64,000 nucleotides of DNA from Planctomycetota bacterium (GTDB lineage Bacteria > Planctomycetota > UBA1135 > UBA2386): NCBI GenBank assembly GCA_965223545.1, contig OZ245006.1, forward strand, positions 7,776,001-7,840,000. Reading direction: 5' to 3'. Both the position numbers and the translations under genes were made by a program. This document shows positions 43,353 to 52,811 of this stretch, in pieces. The notes beneath the pieces are model-generated. The model was given only the letters and a program-made list of their open reading frames with translations, did no database searches and was not told the DNA's origin. Every line of letters starts with the position of its first letter. Within the stretch, counting starts at the first letter, position 1.

Positions 43353-44461
43353 TGCAGGGCCCCCAGTCGATCAACCAGCAGCTCAACGATCGCGCCATCC
43401 TGCACGCGGTCCTCATGGAGCGGTTCAAAGCGCGCGAGGTCCGCGCGGTCATGCGCTTCCTGGACGAGCACCTGATCCCGGACACGCTGCGGGAGGTCGA
43501 GCGCATCGCCAAGATTGCCGACAGCCGGCCGCTGTCGCGGCTCACGCAGGCACGGCGCATCCTGCTGGAGAAGCGCCTGCAGGACTTGCGCGACGTCCTG
43601 CGCGGAGGCGCGGTGGCGCTGAACGCCGACCTGCGCGAACGGTTGGTCGGGCTGGCGAAGCAGGAGGCGGCCTGGCAGGTGCGCGAGTTCCAAGACGTCG
43701 TCCCGGTCCAGCTCGGCATCGCATCGCCCTCGGCAGCGTTGCTGCGCGAGGTTGTCATCCGCCGGCCGATGCAGGGCAAGTTCTTGCGCGAGTGGGCGGC
43801 GGAGGTCGGCCAGAACACCGCGCGGCGCGTCAGCCAAGCGATCCGGATTGGGATCGCGCAGGGCGAGGGCGTCGACACGATCGTGCGCCGTGTGCGTGGG
43901 CGCCGCACCGAGGGCTTCACCGACGGCGTCATGCAGGCGACCCGACGGGAGGCGGAGATGGTTGTCCGCACCGCGGTCAACCACACGATGACGCAGGCGC
44001 GCGAGGCGGTGTTCGTCGAGAACGCCGACATCATCAAGCTGGTGCAGTGGGTCTCGACGCTGGATTCGCGCGTCTCACAGATCTGTGCGGGCCTACACGG
44101 AAGGCGTTGGCGCGTAGGTAGCGGCCCTCGTCCGCCGGCGCACCCATGGTGCCGAAGCACGGTGACCGCGATCCTGAAGCACGCTCGCAGTATCCCTGCC
44201 CTGCAAGGACTACCCCCGGCGCAGATGGCGAGCATGGATGGGTTGGTGCCCGATGTGGACGACATCGGTCCATGGCTCAAGCGCCAGTCGCGAGAGCGGC
44301 AAGAGGCGGTTCTCGGCAAGTCCAAGGCCGCCCTCTTCCGCCGGGGCGTCGTGCCGATCCAACGGTTCGTGGACGTGCCGACGCTGCGGCCGTTGCGCTA
44401 CGAGGAGCTGCTCAAGATCGAGCGCCGGCTACGCGGCATGGCCAACTCGGGGGCGAACTGA
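43352..44461 (+). CDS. Minor head protein (Mu gpF/SPP1 gp7 family)
   Basis: VRTAVNH, WVSTLDSRVSQICAGLHG, PPAHPWCRS. Confidence 0.9.
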   Translation: MQGPQSINQQLNDRAILHAVLMERFKAREVRAVMRFLDEHLIPDTLREVERIAKIADSRPLSRLTQARRILLEKRLQDLRDVLRGGAVALNADLRERLVGLAKQEAAWQVREFQDVVPVQLGIASPSAALLREVVIRRPMQGKFLREWAAEVGQNTARRVSQAIRIGIAQGEGVDTIVRRVRGRRTEGFTDGVMQATRREAEMVVRTAVNHTMTQAREAVFVENADIIKLVQWVSTLDSRVSQICAGLHGRRWRVGSGPRPPAHPWCRSTVTAILKHARSIPALQGLPPAQMASMDGLVPDVDDIGPWLKRQSRERQEAVLGKSKAALFRRGVVPIQRFVDVPTLRPLRYEELLKIERRLRGMANSGAN

Positions 44462-44982
44462 TGAACCGGTTGCAGTTCCTCGACGCGCTCACCGGTCGGC
44501 ACCGTCTGTGCACAGCGACTGTACCCAGTCACCTGCGAAAAGCTGCGCAGCAGCGGGCCGAGCACCGCGGCGTGATCCTTGCGGCGATCGACGACGACGG
44601 TGTGTGCATCGCGCTGGCGGCGACCGATTGCGAAGTCGAGCGGACGGACAAGGGCGCTCTGGTGCGGACCGCCCAAGAGTTCGTCAGGACTGACGATGGC
44701 GCCTGCCTGGAGAAGACCTCTAAGGTCGCTCTGGCTGTGACCGTCTACGGCGCAACGTGTGTCTACGAGAAGAACGGAGCGCCCTTCACGATCAACAGGA
44801 ACTACGAGGACGGCCCCCCGAGGTTCTGGTTCCGCGACCGGCATGTCACGCGGATGACTGGCCCGATCAACGAGATCGTAGAGATGACGTACAGGCCGCG
44901 GGTCGGCTGCGACTGCAAAGAGACAGTTTCGTCGACATTGGGCGTCAGGGCCCGCCCATGCGACAAGCACAAACAGGAGTGA
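44461..44982 (+). CDS. Hypothetical protein
   Basis: ATG at 44461 directly after the upstream stop. Confidence 0.5.
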   Translation: MNRLQFLDALTGRHRLCTATVPSHLRKAAQQRAEHRGVILAAIDDDGVCIALAATDCEVERTDKGALVRTAQEFVRTDDGACLEKTSKVALAVTVYGATCVYEKNGAPFTINRNYEDGPPRFWFRDRHVTRMTGPINEIVEMTYRPRVGCDCKETVSSTLGVRARPCDKHKQE

Positions 44983-44989
44983 GAAAGAG

Positions 44990-45808
44990 ATGGCACTACC
45001 ACTACACATCAAGACGCTCGAGGACGTCGACGAGCCGTTCCGCGAGCACTACGTCGAGTCAACGATCTCGGGCGTCGAGGGTTTCGTCTTCGACGGCACC
45101 TCCGGCAGTGGGCTCACGATCGAGCACAACGTCGAGAACCTCAAGCGGTCGCTGTCGAGCGCTCGCGCGGACGCCAAGAAGGCGCAAGACACGCTGGCCA
45201 AGTTCAAGGACGCCGACGGCAACGCCCTGGACCCGGACGAGGTAGCCCAGGCGATCGAGCGCCTCGAGCAACTCGGCGACGATGCGGACATCGAGGAGCG
45301 CATCAAGACGGCGGTCCAGGACAAGCTGGACCGCGTGCAGCGCTCACACGCTGACGAGGTGAAGCGCCTGACGAGCGAGCGAGACGAGGCGCAGACCATG
45401 CGCTCGAAGCAGGCAACGCGGTTCGAGCTGATGAAGTACCTGGCGCCCTCGGACAAGGAGGCCGCCCGTGCCCGCGACCCGGAGCTTCTCTTGCTGGCCT
45501 TCGAGGGCCAGGTCAAGCACGTCACGAACGACAACGGTCGTGACGAGTTCCACGTGCTCGACGAGAACGGCAACCGCCGCTACAGCGACCGAACTGGCCA
45601 GGCCGAGCAGTACATGGGTCTGGATGAGTTGGTCGAGTCGTCCCGTAATGGGCGGTTCAAGGACCAGTTCGTCGTCCCCGAGGTGAAGGGTACGACCTCG
45701 GCGCCGAGGAAGCCGCAGCCCGAGCGTCAGCCGGCGGCGGTCGACGGGGACCAACGCTCTGCAAGCGAGCGGCTGAAAGCCGTCTATGCGCAGAAGTACG
45801 GCGAGTAG
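44990..45808 (+). CDS. Head scaffolding protein
   Basis: LEDVDEPFREHYVE N-terminus, coiled coil, position before MCP. Confidence 0.8.
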   Translation: MALPLHIKTLEDVDEPFREHYVESTISGVEGFVFDGTSGSGLTIEHNVENLKRSLSSARADAKKAQDTLAKFKDADGNALDPDEVAQAIERLEQLGDDADIEERIKTAVQDKLDRVQRSHADEVKRLTSERDEAQTMRSKQATRFELMKYLAPSDKEAARARDPELLLLAFEGQVKHVTNDNGRDEFHVLDENGNRRYSDRTGQAEQYMGLDELVESSRNGRFKDQFVVPEVKGTTSAPRKPQPERQPAAVDGDQRSASERLKAVYAQKYGE

Positions 45809-45929
45809 CTCCCGCCAACAAACCGGCAATGAGCCGGCAACACCGCGGCAAATTGAGAAAAACTAGCGCGCGCAGGGTTGACCTTCTGCGAGCGACTATG
45901 CGATAAGCGATCGCACTGGGTCCATTCCT

Positions 45930-46098
45930 CTGGCGCGTGGTGCGCGCCAGCCGTCTGGGCTCGCCGGTCTCCCGCCGCAAACCTGAGCGTGGTGCGCCAG
46001 GTTTGCACGGCAGGGGGGATCCCTGAGGGGCCGGGTTTACGGACGAACTCCGTGGGCCTGGCCATGTCCTCAGCCCCGGAGGGTTGAAACACCTGGGG
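45930..46098 (+). ncRNA. Structured leader upstream of the major capsid gene
   Basis: Two hairpins with identical GCG-TGGTG-CGC apex, a 15-bp G.U-rich stem and further stems before the RBS. Confidence 0.45.
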
Positions 46099-46105
46099 CG
46101 AGGAA

Positions 46106-47044
46106 ATGGGACTCACACTATACGAGGCGTCGAAGCTGAACAGCGGCGACGTCCACCGCGCTGCGATCATCGAGCTGTTCGCGCGCTCGACGCCATTGAT
46201 GGGCGTCCTTCCGTTCGACGACATCACCGGCGGCGGCCTGACCTACAACCAAGAGCAGGCACTGCCCGGCATCGCGTTCCGCGGCATCAACGAGGGCTAC
46301 ACGGCGTCGGCTGGCGTCATCAACCCCGTGAGCGAGCCGCTGTTGGTTGGCGGCGGCGATCTCGACGTCGACAAGGCGATCATCAAGACCCGTGGCATCG
46401 GTGTGCGTAGCACGCACGAGGCGATGAAGGTGAAGGCGATGGGCCAGAAGATCGCCCACACCTTCATCAAGGGGGACGGCTTGACCGACCCCCGTGAGCC
46501 GACCGGCTTGCAGGCGCGGCTCATTGGCAGCCAGGTGCTGTCGAACTCGGGCGCGGCCGGCGGTGGCCCCCTCTCGATGGAGAAGGTCAACGAGGCAATC
46601 GACAACACCGAAGACGCCACGCACATCATCGCAACGAAGAGGGCGCGTCGCGTGATGAGCAAGGCGGCCAAAGAGACGTCAATCTCGGGCGAGATCCAGT
46701 TCGATACGGACGACTTCGGCATCCAGTTCGCGCGCTACAACGGCCTTCCGATCGTCGAGGTCGACGGCTTCGGCGTGGCGTCGCAGTACGTCGCCCTTGG
46801 CGACAACGAGGCGGCCACCGGCGGCGGTGCCGCGCAAGCGACCTCGATCTACGTCGTCAGCTTCCGCGAGGGAATGCTCGGCGGCATCCAGAACGGGATC
46901 ATGGAGGCCAGGGATCTCGGTGAGATCGACGAGAAGCCGGTCCTGCGCACTCGCGTCGAGTGGCTGGTGGGTTTCGCCCTCTATCACCCGCGTGCCGCGA
47001 CCCGGCTGCGCGACATCGACGCTGGCCAGGCGGCCGTCGCCTGA
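46106..47044 (+). CDS. Major capsid protein (HK97 fold)
   Basis: TL.EA.KL...IIELF...LPF..I.G...YNQE..LP.IAFRGINEGY, GGDLDVD, RTRVEW. Confidence 0.92.
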   Translation: MGLTLYEASKLNSGDVHRAAIIELFARSTPLMGVLPFDDITGGGLTYNQEQALPGIAFRGINEGYTASAGVINPVSEPLLVGGGDLDVDKAIIKTRGIGVRSTHEAMKVKAMGQKIAHTFIKGDGLTDPREPTGLQARLIGSQVLSNSGAAGGGPLSMEKVNEAIDNTEDATHIIATKRARRVMSKAAKETSISGEIQFDTDDFGIQFARYNGLPIVEVDGFGVASQYVALGDNEAATGGGAAQATSIYVVSFREGMLGGIQNGIMEARDLGEIDEKPVLRTRVEWLVGFALYHPRAATRLRDIDAGQAAVA

Positions 47045-47061
47045 TCTGAAGGAGAAGCATC

Positions 47062-47520
47062 ATGCCACTCACTCGAGGCTACATGTTCGACAAGGAGCTG
47101 CAGCTGGCCGATGGCGCTGCGGCTATCACCGCCAGCGGCGTCACCCAGGTCGATGGCTCTGCGGCCTCTCTGGATCTTGGCGCTGCGGCGAACGGCTCCG
47201 GGGATCTCGTCGTCGATGTCAGCGCGATCGACATCACTACCGGCGACGAGTCGTACGAGCTGCTGCTGCAGGGGTCGTCGAACTCCGACTTCTCGTCGGA
47301 CGTCCAGACCATCGCGCGCGGCAAGCTCGGTGACTCCTCGACCCTCGGGACCGGTGTCGACGCCGACAGCGTTGTCGGTCGACACGTGATCCCGTTCCAC
47401 AACGACGTCGCACAGACCACCAGCTACCAGTACCTGCGGCTCGCCGTGGTCGTCGCCGGGACCACCCCGTCGATCACCCTCAGCGCGTTCGTGGGGATGA
47501 GCAAGGTCGTCAAGGCGTAG
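47062..47520 (+). CDS. Capsid cement/decoration protein
   Basis: Follows MCP; beta-rich, YQYLRL..VVAGTTPSI. Confidence 0.7.
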   Translation: MPLTRGYMFDKELQLADGAAAITASGVTQVDGSAASLDLGAAANGSGDLVVDVSAIDITTGDESYELLLQGSSNSDFSSDVQTIARGKLGDSSTLGTGVDADSVVGRHVIPFHNDVAQTTSYQYLRLAVVVAGTTPSITLSAFVGMSKVVKA

Positions 47521-47608
47521 GCGTGGACCTCCTGCTCGCTCCGTGGGTGCGCGCGGCCACGGAGCGGGCGCAGAGATCGCGCGCTAGGTCGAGCTTGGAG
47601 ATGACAAC

Positions 47609-48130
47609 GTGATCGAGAGAGATCGAGACCATGCCGGGATCACCGCACAGATGGTGGACCCGGCATCCGGGGCGGTACGAGTTTGGTTGCGCCACGAAAA
47701 AGAGTGGGGGCTGCGCTCACCCGTCGACGCGCGAGAGCTGTTGGCATCCGGGCAAGCATCGCTGATGCCGCCCGATGGTTCGGGGGGCGACCGCAAGGAG
47801 GCGATTCTCATCTCGCCCGACGAGCGCCGGCGCCGCTTCGCGGTGCTGTCGAAGCCGGACCTCCAGATTGCTTGCGAGGCGGTGGGCGTTGCCTACTTCG
47901 GCGACGACGCTCGAGGCGCTCTCGTCGAGAAGCTCGTCGGCAGCGGTGCCGATCCGAGTCAGTGCGAAGCCGCGATTGCTCAGGTCCACGCCGACCGCGC
48001 CGCCAAGGATGCGGCCGCGAAGCAGGAGGCCGAGGAAGCCGAAGCGAAGCGCAGAGCCGAAGCCGACGCCAAGGCGCAGGCTGAGGCCAATGCGAAGAAG
48101 GCTGCCGAGACGAAGGCGAAGGCGTCCTAG
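47609..48130 (+). CDS. Hypothetical protein with Ala/Lys/Glu-rich tail
   Basis: VDARELLASG motif; start uncertain. Confidence 0.55.
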   Translation: MIERDRDHAGITAQMVDPASGAVRVWLRHEKEWGLRSPVDARELLASGQASLMPPDGSGGDRKEAILISPDERRRRFAVLSKPDLQIACEAVGVAYFGDDARGALVEKLVGSGADPSQCEAAIAQVHADRAAKDAAAKQEAEEAEAKRRAEADAKAQAEANAKKAAETKAKAS

Positions 48131-48133
48131 CGC

Positions 48134-48676
48134 ATGGCGCTCATCGTCGAGGACGGCACGGGGCTCGCGACGGCGGAGGCATGGATCTCCGTCGCCGACG
48201 CAGCCACGTACCTGACGTCCATCGGCGAAACCTGGACCGTGACCGTCTCCGAGCAGGAGGAGGATCTACGGGTCGGCACGCAGGAGCTCGAGAACCTCTA
48301 TGCGTGTCGCTGGCCTGGCACACGCGCGACCGACGTGCAGGCGCTGTCCTGGCCACGGATTGGCGCGACCGACTGTGACGGCTACGCCGTCGAGAGCGAT
48401 AGCGTCCCGGTGCTGCTGCAAAGGGCGAGCGCGCTCATCGCTGCTGCGCGTCGTCAGCTGATCGTTGCTGGCGATCCGTTCCAGCCGACAACGCTTTCGG
48501 CCGGCGGCACCGTCGTCAAGAGCACGGTCAAGCTGGGGCCGATCACCGAGTCGTTGGAGTACGGCTCTGGCGGCTTGTCGGCGGATGAGGCGGGCGTCGC
48601 CGTGCGGCGCTTCCCTCGCGTCGAGGCGATGCTGCGACCGATCTTGCTGCCCGCCGGGCGCGTGGAGATGGCGTGA
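48134..48676 (+). CDS. Head-tail adaptor (DnaT-like family)
   Basis: MALIVEDGTGLATAEAWISVADA...QALSWPR. Confidence 0.85.
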   Translation: MALIVEDGTGLATAEAWISVADAATYLTSIGETWTVTVSEQEEDLRVGTQELENLYACRWPGTRATDVQALSWPRIGATDCDGYAVESDSVPVLLQRASALIAAARRQLIVAGDPFQPTTLSAGGTVVKSTVKLGPITESLEYGSGGLSADEAGVAVRRFPRVEAMLRPILLPAGRVEMA

Positions 48677-48930
48677 TGTCGGCCCCTGTCGGCAGCCAGC
48701 TCTGGGACATCGCCAAGGGCTACCAGCGCCAGTGCGTGCCCTACCGCGAGCTGCGTGACTGGGAGCTTGCCAGCTGGGTCGTGCTGGGAGAGCACGTGCC
48801 GCCGCACGAGATGGCCGAGGCGCTTGGTCCGCTGCCGCCGTTCTCAGCCGAGGAACAAGTCTTCGACCCCGCCTCACACGGCCCGATCGCCCCTGGCGAA
48901 ATGGGCTTCGGCTTCTCGGAGGTCGAGTGA
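48676..48930 (+). CDS. Hypothetical protein
   Basis: Coupled at both ends. Confidence 0.4.
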   Translation: MSAPVGSQLWDIAKGYQRQCVPYRELRDWELASWVVLGEHVPPHEMAEALGPLPPFSAEEQVFDPASHGPIAPGEMGFGFSEVE

Positions 48931-49307
48931 TGGTCTCGCCGATCGTCACAAGGGGTCGGGCGACGGCCACGCGGCTCCTGCTCAAGCACGGGTTCGCGGG
49001 GGTTCTCAAGTATCCCGACGTGGCCCCAGTGCCGGGTTCGAGCATCGAGATTGCAGGGCCTGGCGAGACCTTCCCGGTCAGGGTTGTGCCGTTCACGACC
49101 GAGGCAATCACGGGCTCCGAGCTCGGCCGTACCGAGTCTGGCACGACCCTGATCGCCGGCGCATCACTCACGTCTCCGCCGCCGATGAACTCAACGCTCA
49201 CCGTCGGCAGCAAGACCTGGGTCGTCACGGCATCGTCGCCGTTTCCTGACGACGGCAGCGAGACGGCCGCCGATGTTGCCCTGTTTCAGGTGGGGCTGGA
49301 GCGGTGA
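48930..49307 (+). CDS. Putative head-closure protein
   Basis: ATATRLLLKHG; position in the neck module. Confidence 0.6.
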   Translation: MVSPIVTRGRATATRLLLKHGFAGVLKYPDVAPVPGSSIEIAGPGETFPVRVVPFTTEAITGSELGRTESGTTLIAGASLTSPPPMNSTLTVGSKTWVVTASSPFPDDGSETAADVALFQVGLER

Positions 49308-49310
49308 TCG

Positions 49311-49757
49311 TTGCCTACCAACGCCGCGTCCTACTCGATCAACGTCCGGCGCTGGGCGCGGAAGACAGTGCCGGATCGGCTGGTCGAGATTCATCGCCAG
49401 ATCGCGTTCGAGGCGATGCGCCGCATCGTGCTGCGGACGCCGGTGGACTCCGGTCGCCTGCGCGGCAACTGGTGGCTGACGATCGACGTGATTCCGGTCT
49501 CCGAGCGCCAGGTCGCGGACCCGCTTGCGTTGGCGATCGGACGACTGACGACGCTTGGTCCTTACAAGGTCGTCCACATCACGAACAACGTCCCGTATGG
49601 ACCGATCGTCGAGCGCGGCGGCTTCATCCCGAAGAACCCAGGTCCGAGCAAGGACCCGCGGCCGGGACGCAAGGGCCGAGTGCTAGTGCTCGGCGGATTC
49701 AGCGTACAGGCGCCGCAGGGGATGGTCTCCGTGACCGTCCGGGAGCTCGCGGCATGA
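49311..49757 (+). CDS. Tail completion / HK97 gp10-like protein
   Basis: TPVDSGRLRGNW, ITNNVPY..VE.G, S.QAPQGMV. Confidence 0.8.
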   Translation: MPTNAASYSINVRRWARKTVPDRLVEIHRQIAFEAMRRIVLRTPVDSGRLRGNWWLTIDVIPVSERQVADPLALAIGRLTTLGPYKVVHITNNVPYGPIVERGGFIPKNPGPSKDPRPGRKGRVLVLGGFSVQAPQGMVSVTVRELAA

Positions 49758-49899
49758 GCGGAGTCGAGGGCGTGGGGGTGCGTAGGTTGGGCGATCCTAC
49801 GCAGCGGTGGATTTCGACGGACACACTTTCACAAGGGTCGTCCAGCTATCTCCTCCCACCGCAGACCTCCACGCCCTCACGTTTTTGCGGGGGCTGGCG

Positions 49900-50757
49900 A
49901 TGAGCGTCGGGCCCTACCAAGAGATGGTGGACTTGGTCGAGCGCCAGGTCTGCGGCGAGTGGGCTACGCAAAACGGTGCGCTCGTCGAGTTCGAGAATCG
50001 AGCTGTGCAGAAGCCGGAGCCATCGGCAGGCGCGTCGTGGTGGGGCGCTACGGTCGATCACTCGGGCACTGAGCAGCTGTGCATGGGTCGCTCGGTGCGG
50101 TACCGCAAGCGCGCGACCCTTCGTCTTGGCGTCCGGGGCCCTCTCGGGAGTCTAGCAGCCGGGCGCAACCAAGCCTCGGACGCCGCTTCTTCGTTCCCTC
50201 CGGGCCTGCGCGATGGCGTGATCTGGGAGCCGGGACACATCGAGCAGGTGGGCCGCGAAGGCGCCTGGTTCCGGTGGGATGCGGTCATCCCCCTGTACGT
50301 CGACGACGACCAGGACTCGGATGCAGGCATCGCCGCGTTTGCTCCGGTCACCTTCGGCTCAACGCTCGAGACGATCCGCGAGCGCATGTGCTCGACGGTC
50401 TCGAGCGTCTTGCCGGTGCGGACGCTGTGGGGCAACGAGTCGGTCACCGATGTGCCGGACGTTAGCGAGACCTGGTGCATGGTTTGGGCGGACTTCGGCA
50501 GCTCGACTCCGGAGTCGCTGGGGCTTGGCGCAGCGATCGAGTCGTCGGGCCTGACGCGCGTCCAGGTCTACAGCCCGCTTGGCAGCGGGCATGGTCCTGG
50601 GTTGGCGGTATGTGACGCGGTGGTGCGGCGGTTCCGCAACACCAGCGACCAGGGGGTGCGACTGGGGACGCCGTACCTCCAGAGCGTGGGCAAGGACGGG
50701 GCGTGGTGGAGGCACGACACACTCGTGCCGTTCAGCGTGGTTTCGGCAGTGGCGTAG
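49900..50757 (+). CDS. Tail terminator-like protein with internally duplicated domain
   Basis: Two halves ending GPLGS...GREGAWFRWDAVIP and SPLGSG...GKDGAWWRHDTLVP. Confidence 0.6.
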   Translation: MSVGPYQEMVDLVERQVCGEWATQNGALVEFENRAVQKPEPSAGASWWGATVDHSGTEQLCMGRSVRYRKRATLRLGVRGPLGSLAAGRNQASDAASSFPPGLRDGVIWEPGHIEQVGREGAWFRWDAVIPLYVDDDQDSDAGIAAFAPVTFGSTLETIRERMCSTVSSVLPVRTLWGNESVTDVPDVSETWCMVWADFGSSTPESLGLGAAIESSGLTRVQVYSPLGSGHGPGLAVCDAVVRRFRNTSDQGVRLGTPYLQSVGKDGAWWRHDTLVPFSVVSAVA

Positions 50758-50770
50758 CGAGGGCGGATAG

Positions 50771-51973
50771 ATGGCAAGCGCAGAAGCAGTCCGGTTGGCG
50801 ATCGGCTACCAGAATGGTGGTCGCGGTGTGCCGGCGACGGTCACCGACAAGAAGATCTTCCGCTACACGAGCGAGTCGCTGGGCTCGACCGCGAACGCGC
50901 AAGAGAGCCCGGAGATGAACGACGGAGGGCAGCCGCAGACGGCGGTCCGCGAGTCGATCCAGAGCACCGGCGGCATCGATGGCGTGCTGCACGAGAGCGG
51001 GTGGGAGGAGAGCTTGGATGGTCTCCTCTACGCCGATCTGACGGGCAACAACTCGCTGAGCACCGGCCTCAACCCCGCCGTGCAGACCAACGTCGGGATC
51101 AACGGGAACAAGTACAACAAGACCGGCGGTTTCACGACGGCGAACGGCTTCACCAATGGTGGCTGGGTGCTGGCGAGTGGGTTCCCCGACGCCACGGCCA
51201 ACGGAATCGCGCGTGTCACGACCCGCACCGACAACGATCTGACCGTCGAGGGCCTCACGTTGCCGGCCTCGGTGACTGCGGCCGCGGGCCAGCACGTCGA
51301 GCCGGGTCAGCTCCTCATCCCCGATACCGTGCTCTCGTACTTCACGATCGAGCGCTACCACACCGACATCTCGACCGGCAACCCGTATATCCGGTTCATC
51401 GACGCCATCCCGACGTCGTTAGACGTCAACATGCCGACCACGGGGCCGATCACAGTCTCGTTCGGCTACATCACCGGCACGCCGAGTTTCGAGAGCACCG
51501 CTCTCGGGGGCACCTACAACGCTGCAAGCAGCAACGAAGCGTTCACCGGGGTGCAGAACGCGGTCGCGTGGTTCGAGGGTGGCGCCGGCAGCTACACCGG
51601 CATCCCCTGCCGCATCCAGGGCAGCTTCCGCATCACCAACGGTGCGCGCGCCGTGCAGTGCCAAGGCGAGTCGACGCCCTCGAGCTTCTCGCGCGGGTCC
51701 TTCAGTGCCACCGGGAACACCACGTTCCTGTTCGACGGCGACACCAGCATCCCGCAGAAGTTCCTGGACAACGAGCTGAGCGGGCTCGCGTTCAGCTTCG
51801 TCGAGAGCGCTGGCACGAAGGGAATGCTCTTCCATTTTCCTGCAACGCGCTACAGCTCGTACAGCGCGCCGGCGCGAGGCAAGGGCACCGACATCCAAGT
51901 CTCGATGGACTGGTCCGCTGAGCAGCCCGCCGGCGGCAGCTTCGTCGAGGTCTACTCGTTCGACGCGGCCTGA
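50771..51973 (+). CDS. Major tail tube protein
   Basis: FRYTSESL...ESPE, YFTIER, FHFP; precedes chaperone and TMP. Confidence 0.8.
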   Translation: MASAEAVRLAIGYQNGGRGVPATVTDKKIFRYTSESLGSTANAQESPEMNDGGQPQTAVRESIQSTGGIDGVLHESGWEESLDGLLYADLTGNNSLSTGLNPAVQTNVGINGNKYNKTGGFTTANGFTNGGWVLASGFPDATANGIARVTTRTDNDLTVEGLTLPASVTAAAGQHVEPGQLLIPDTVLSYFTIERYHTDISTGNPYIRFIDAIPTSLDVNMPTTGPITVSFGYITGTPSFESTALGGTYNAASSNEAFTGVQNAVAWFEGGAGSYTGIPCRIQGSFRITNGARAVQCQGESTPSSFSRGSFSATGNTTFLFDGDTSIPQKFLDNELSGLAFSFVESAGTKGMLFHFPATRYSSYSAPARGKGTDIQVSMDWSAEQPAGGSFVEVYSFDAA

Positions 51974-51999
51974 TCGAGGCCGGAAAGGGAGATAGCAGC

Positions 52000-52413
52000 A
52001 TGCCGAAGATCTCGGACTTGGCGCTCGATGTTGATCGAGCAACCGAAGGCGTCTGGGCGACGTACCCGTGGGATGACCGGGTGCGGGTCAAGTTGTCGCG
52101 GATCACGCATCCGGACTACGCGGAGAGGCTCGAGCAAGTGTGCGCTCCGCACCGCGATCCAGACGGGAACGTCCCCAAGGAGATGTACGAGCGCCTCTCC
52201 AGGCAGGCCATGGCGGTCTTGTTCCGTGAGTGGGAAGGCATTCTCGATGACGACGAGGAGCCGCTTCCCTGCACGCGAGAGAATGCTGAGCCGTTCATGG
52301 TCGAGGAGCGCCTCCGCCCGTTCGGCAACTGGGTCCGCAATGTCGTGATGGGCGTTGCGGCCTACACGCAAGCCTCCGCCAAGGCCGCGGCGGGAAACTC
52401 GTCAGCTTCCTGA
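52000..52413 (+). CDS. Tail assembly chaperone (gpG-like)
   Basis: EGVW, WEGI.DD..PLP; slippery G GGA AAC near the 3' end. Confidence 0.8.
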   Translation: MPKISDLALDVDRATEGVWATYPWDDRVRVKLSRITHPDYAERLEQVCAPHRDPDGNVPKEMYERLSRQAMAVLFREWEGILDDDEEPLPCTRENAEPFMVEERLRPFGNWVRNVVMGVAAYTQASAKAAAGNSSAS

Positions 52414-52811
52414 GGTGGCGCCAGGAGCACGGAGACCAATGGCTGGACGAGGACGGCAACTGGACCAAGGCGCTGCGGGCAGCGATCGCAGCCGGGACGC
52501 CACCAGAGGATTGGACCAACCGGCCGGAGATCAAGACCGAGTGGGTGCCACTTCTCCATCTGTGGTTGGACTGCGACGCGACCCGGACCTACTGCACGGT
52601 GACGGGGCGTCCGCATCGGGTCCGTATGTCGGAGGCGCTTGCTGGATGCGAGCTGCATGGTCTTCGCCGACGGTGGTGGTACTGGACCGCGATCTGCGAG
52701 GTCGACGTCCAGATGCTCCGGGACCGCAAACCGAAGGAGAAGGGCCTCAACCCGCCGACCGATGACGGAATAGTCATCCGCGGCGCGCCCGAGAGCGATG
52801 CCGACCGTTGA
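52392..52811 (+). CDS. -1 frameshift extension of the chaperone (gpGT-like)
   Basis: The -1 frame is open from GGGAAAC (52392-52398) to 52811. Confidence 0.7.
   Translation, partial: GKLVSFLRWRQEHGDQWLDEDGNWTKALRAAIAAGTPPEDWTNRPEIKTEWVPLLHLWLDCDATRTYCTVTGRPHRVRMSEALAGCELHGLRRRWWYWTAICEVDVQMLRDRKPKEKGLNPPTDDGIVIRGAPESDADR

Noticed and set aside
42797..44325. Long antisense or alternative-frame ORFs (42797-43984, 43150-44325, 32018-33232, 3603-4547 and similar)
   Set aside because: Shadow ORFs of GC-rich coding genes with no recognisable motifs.
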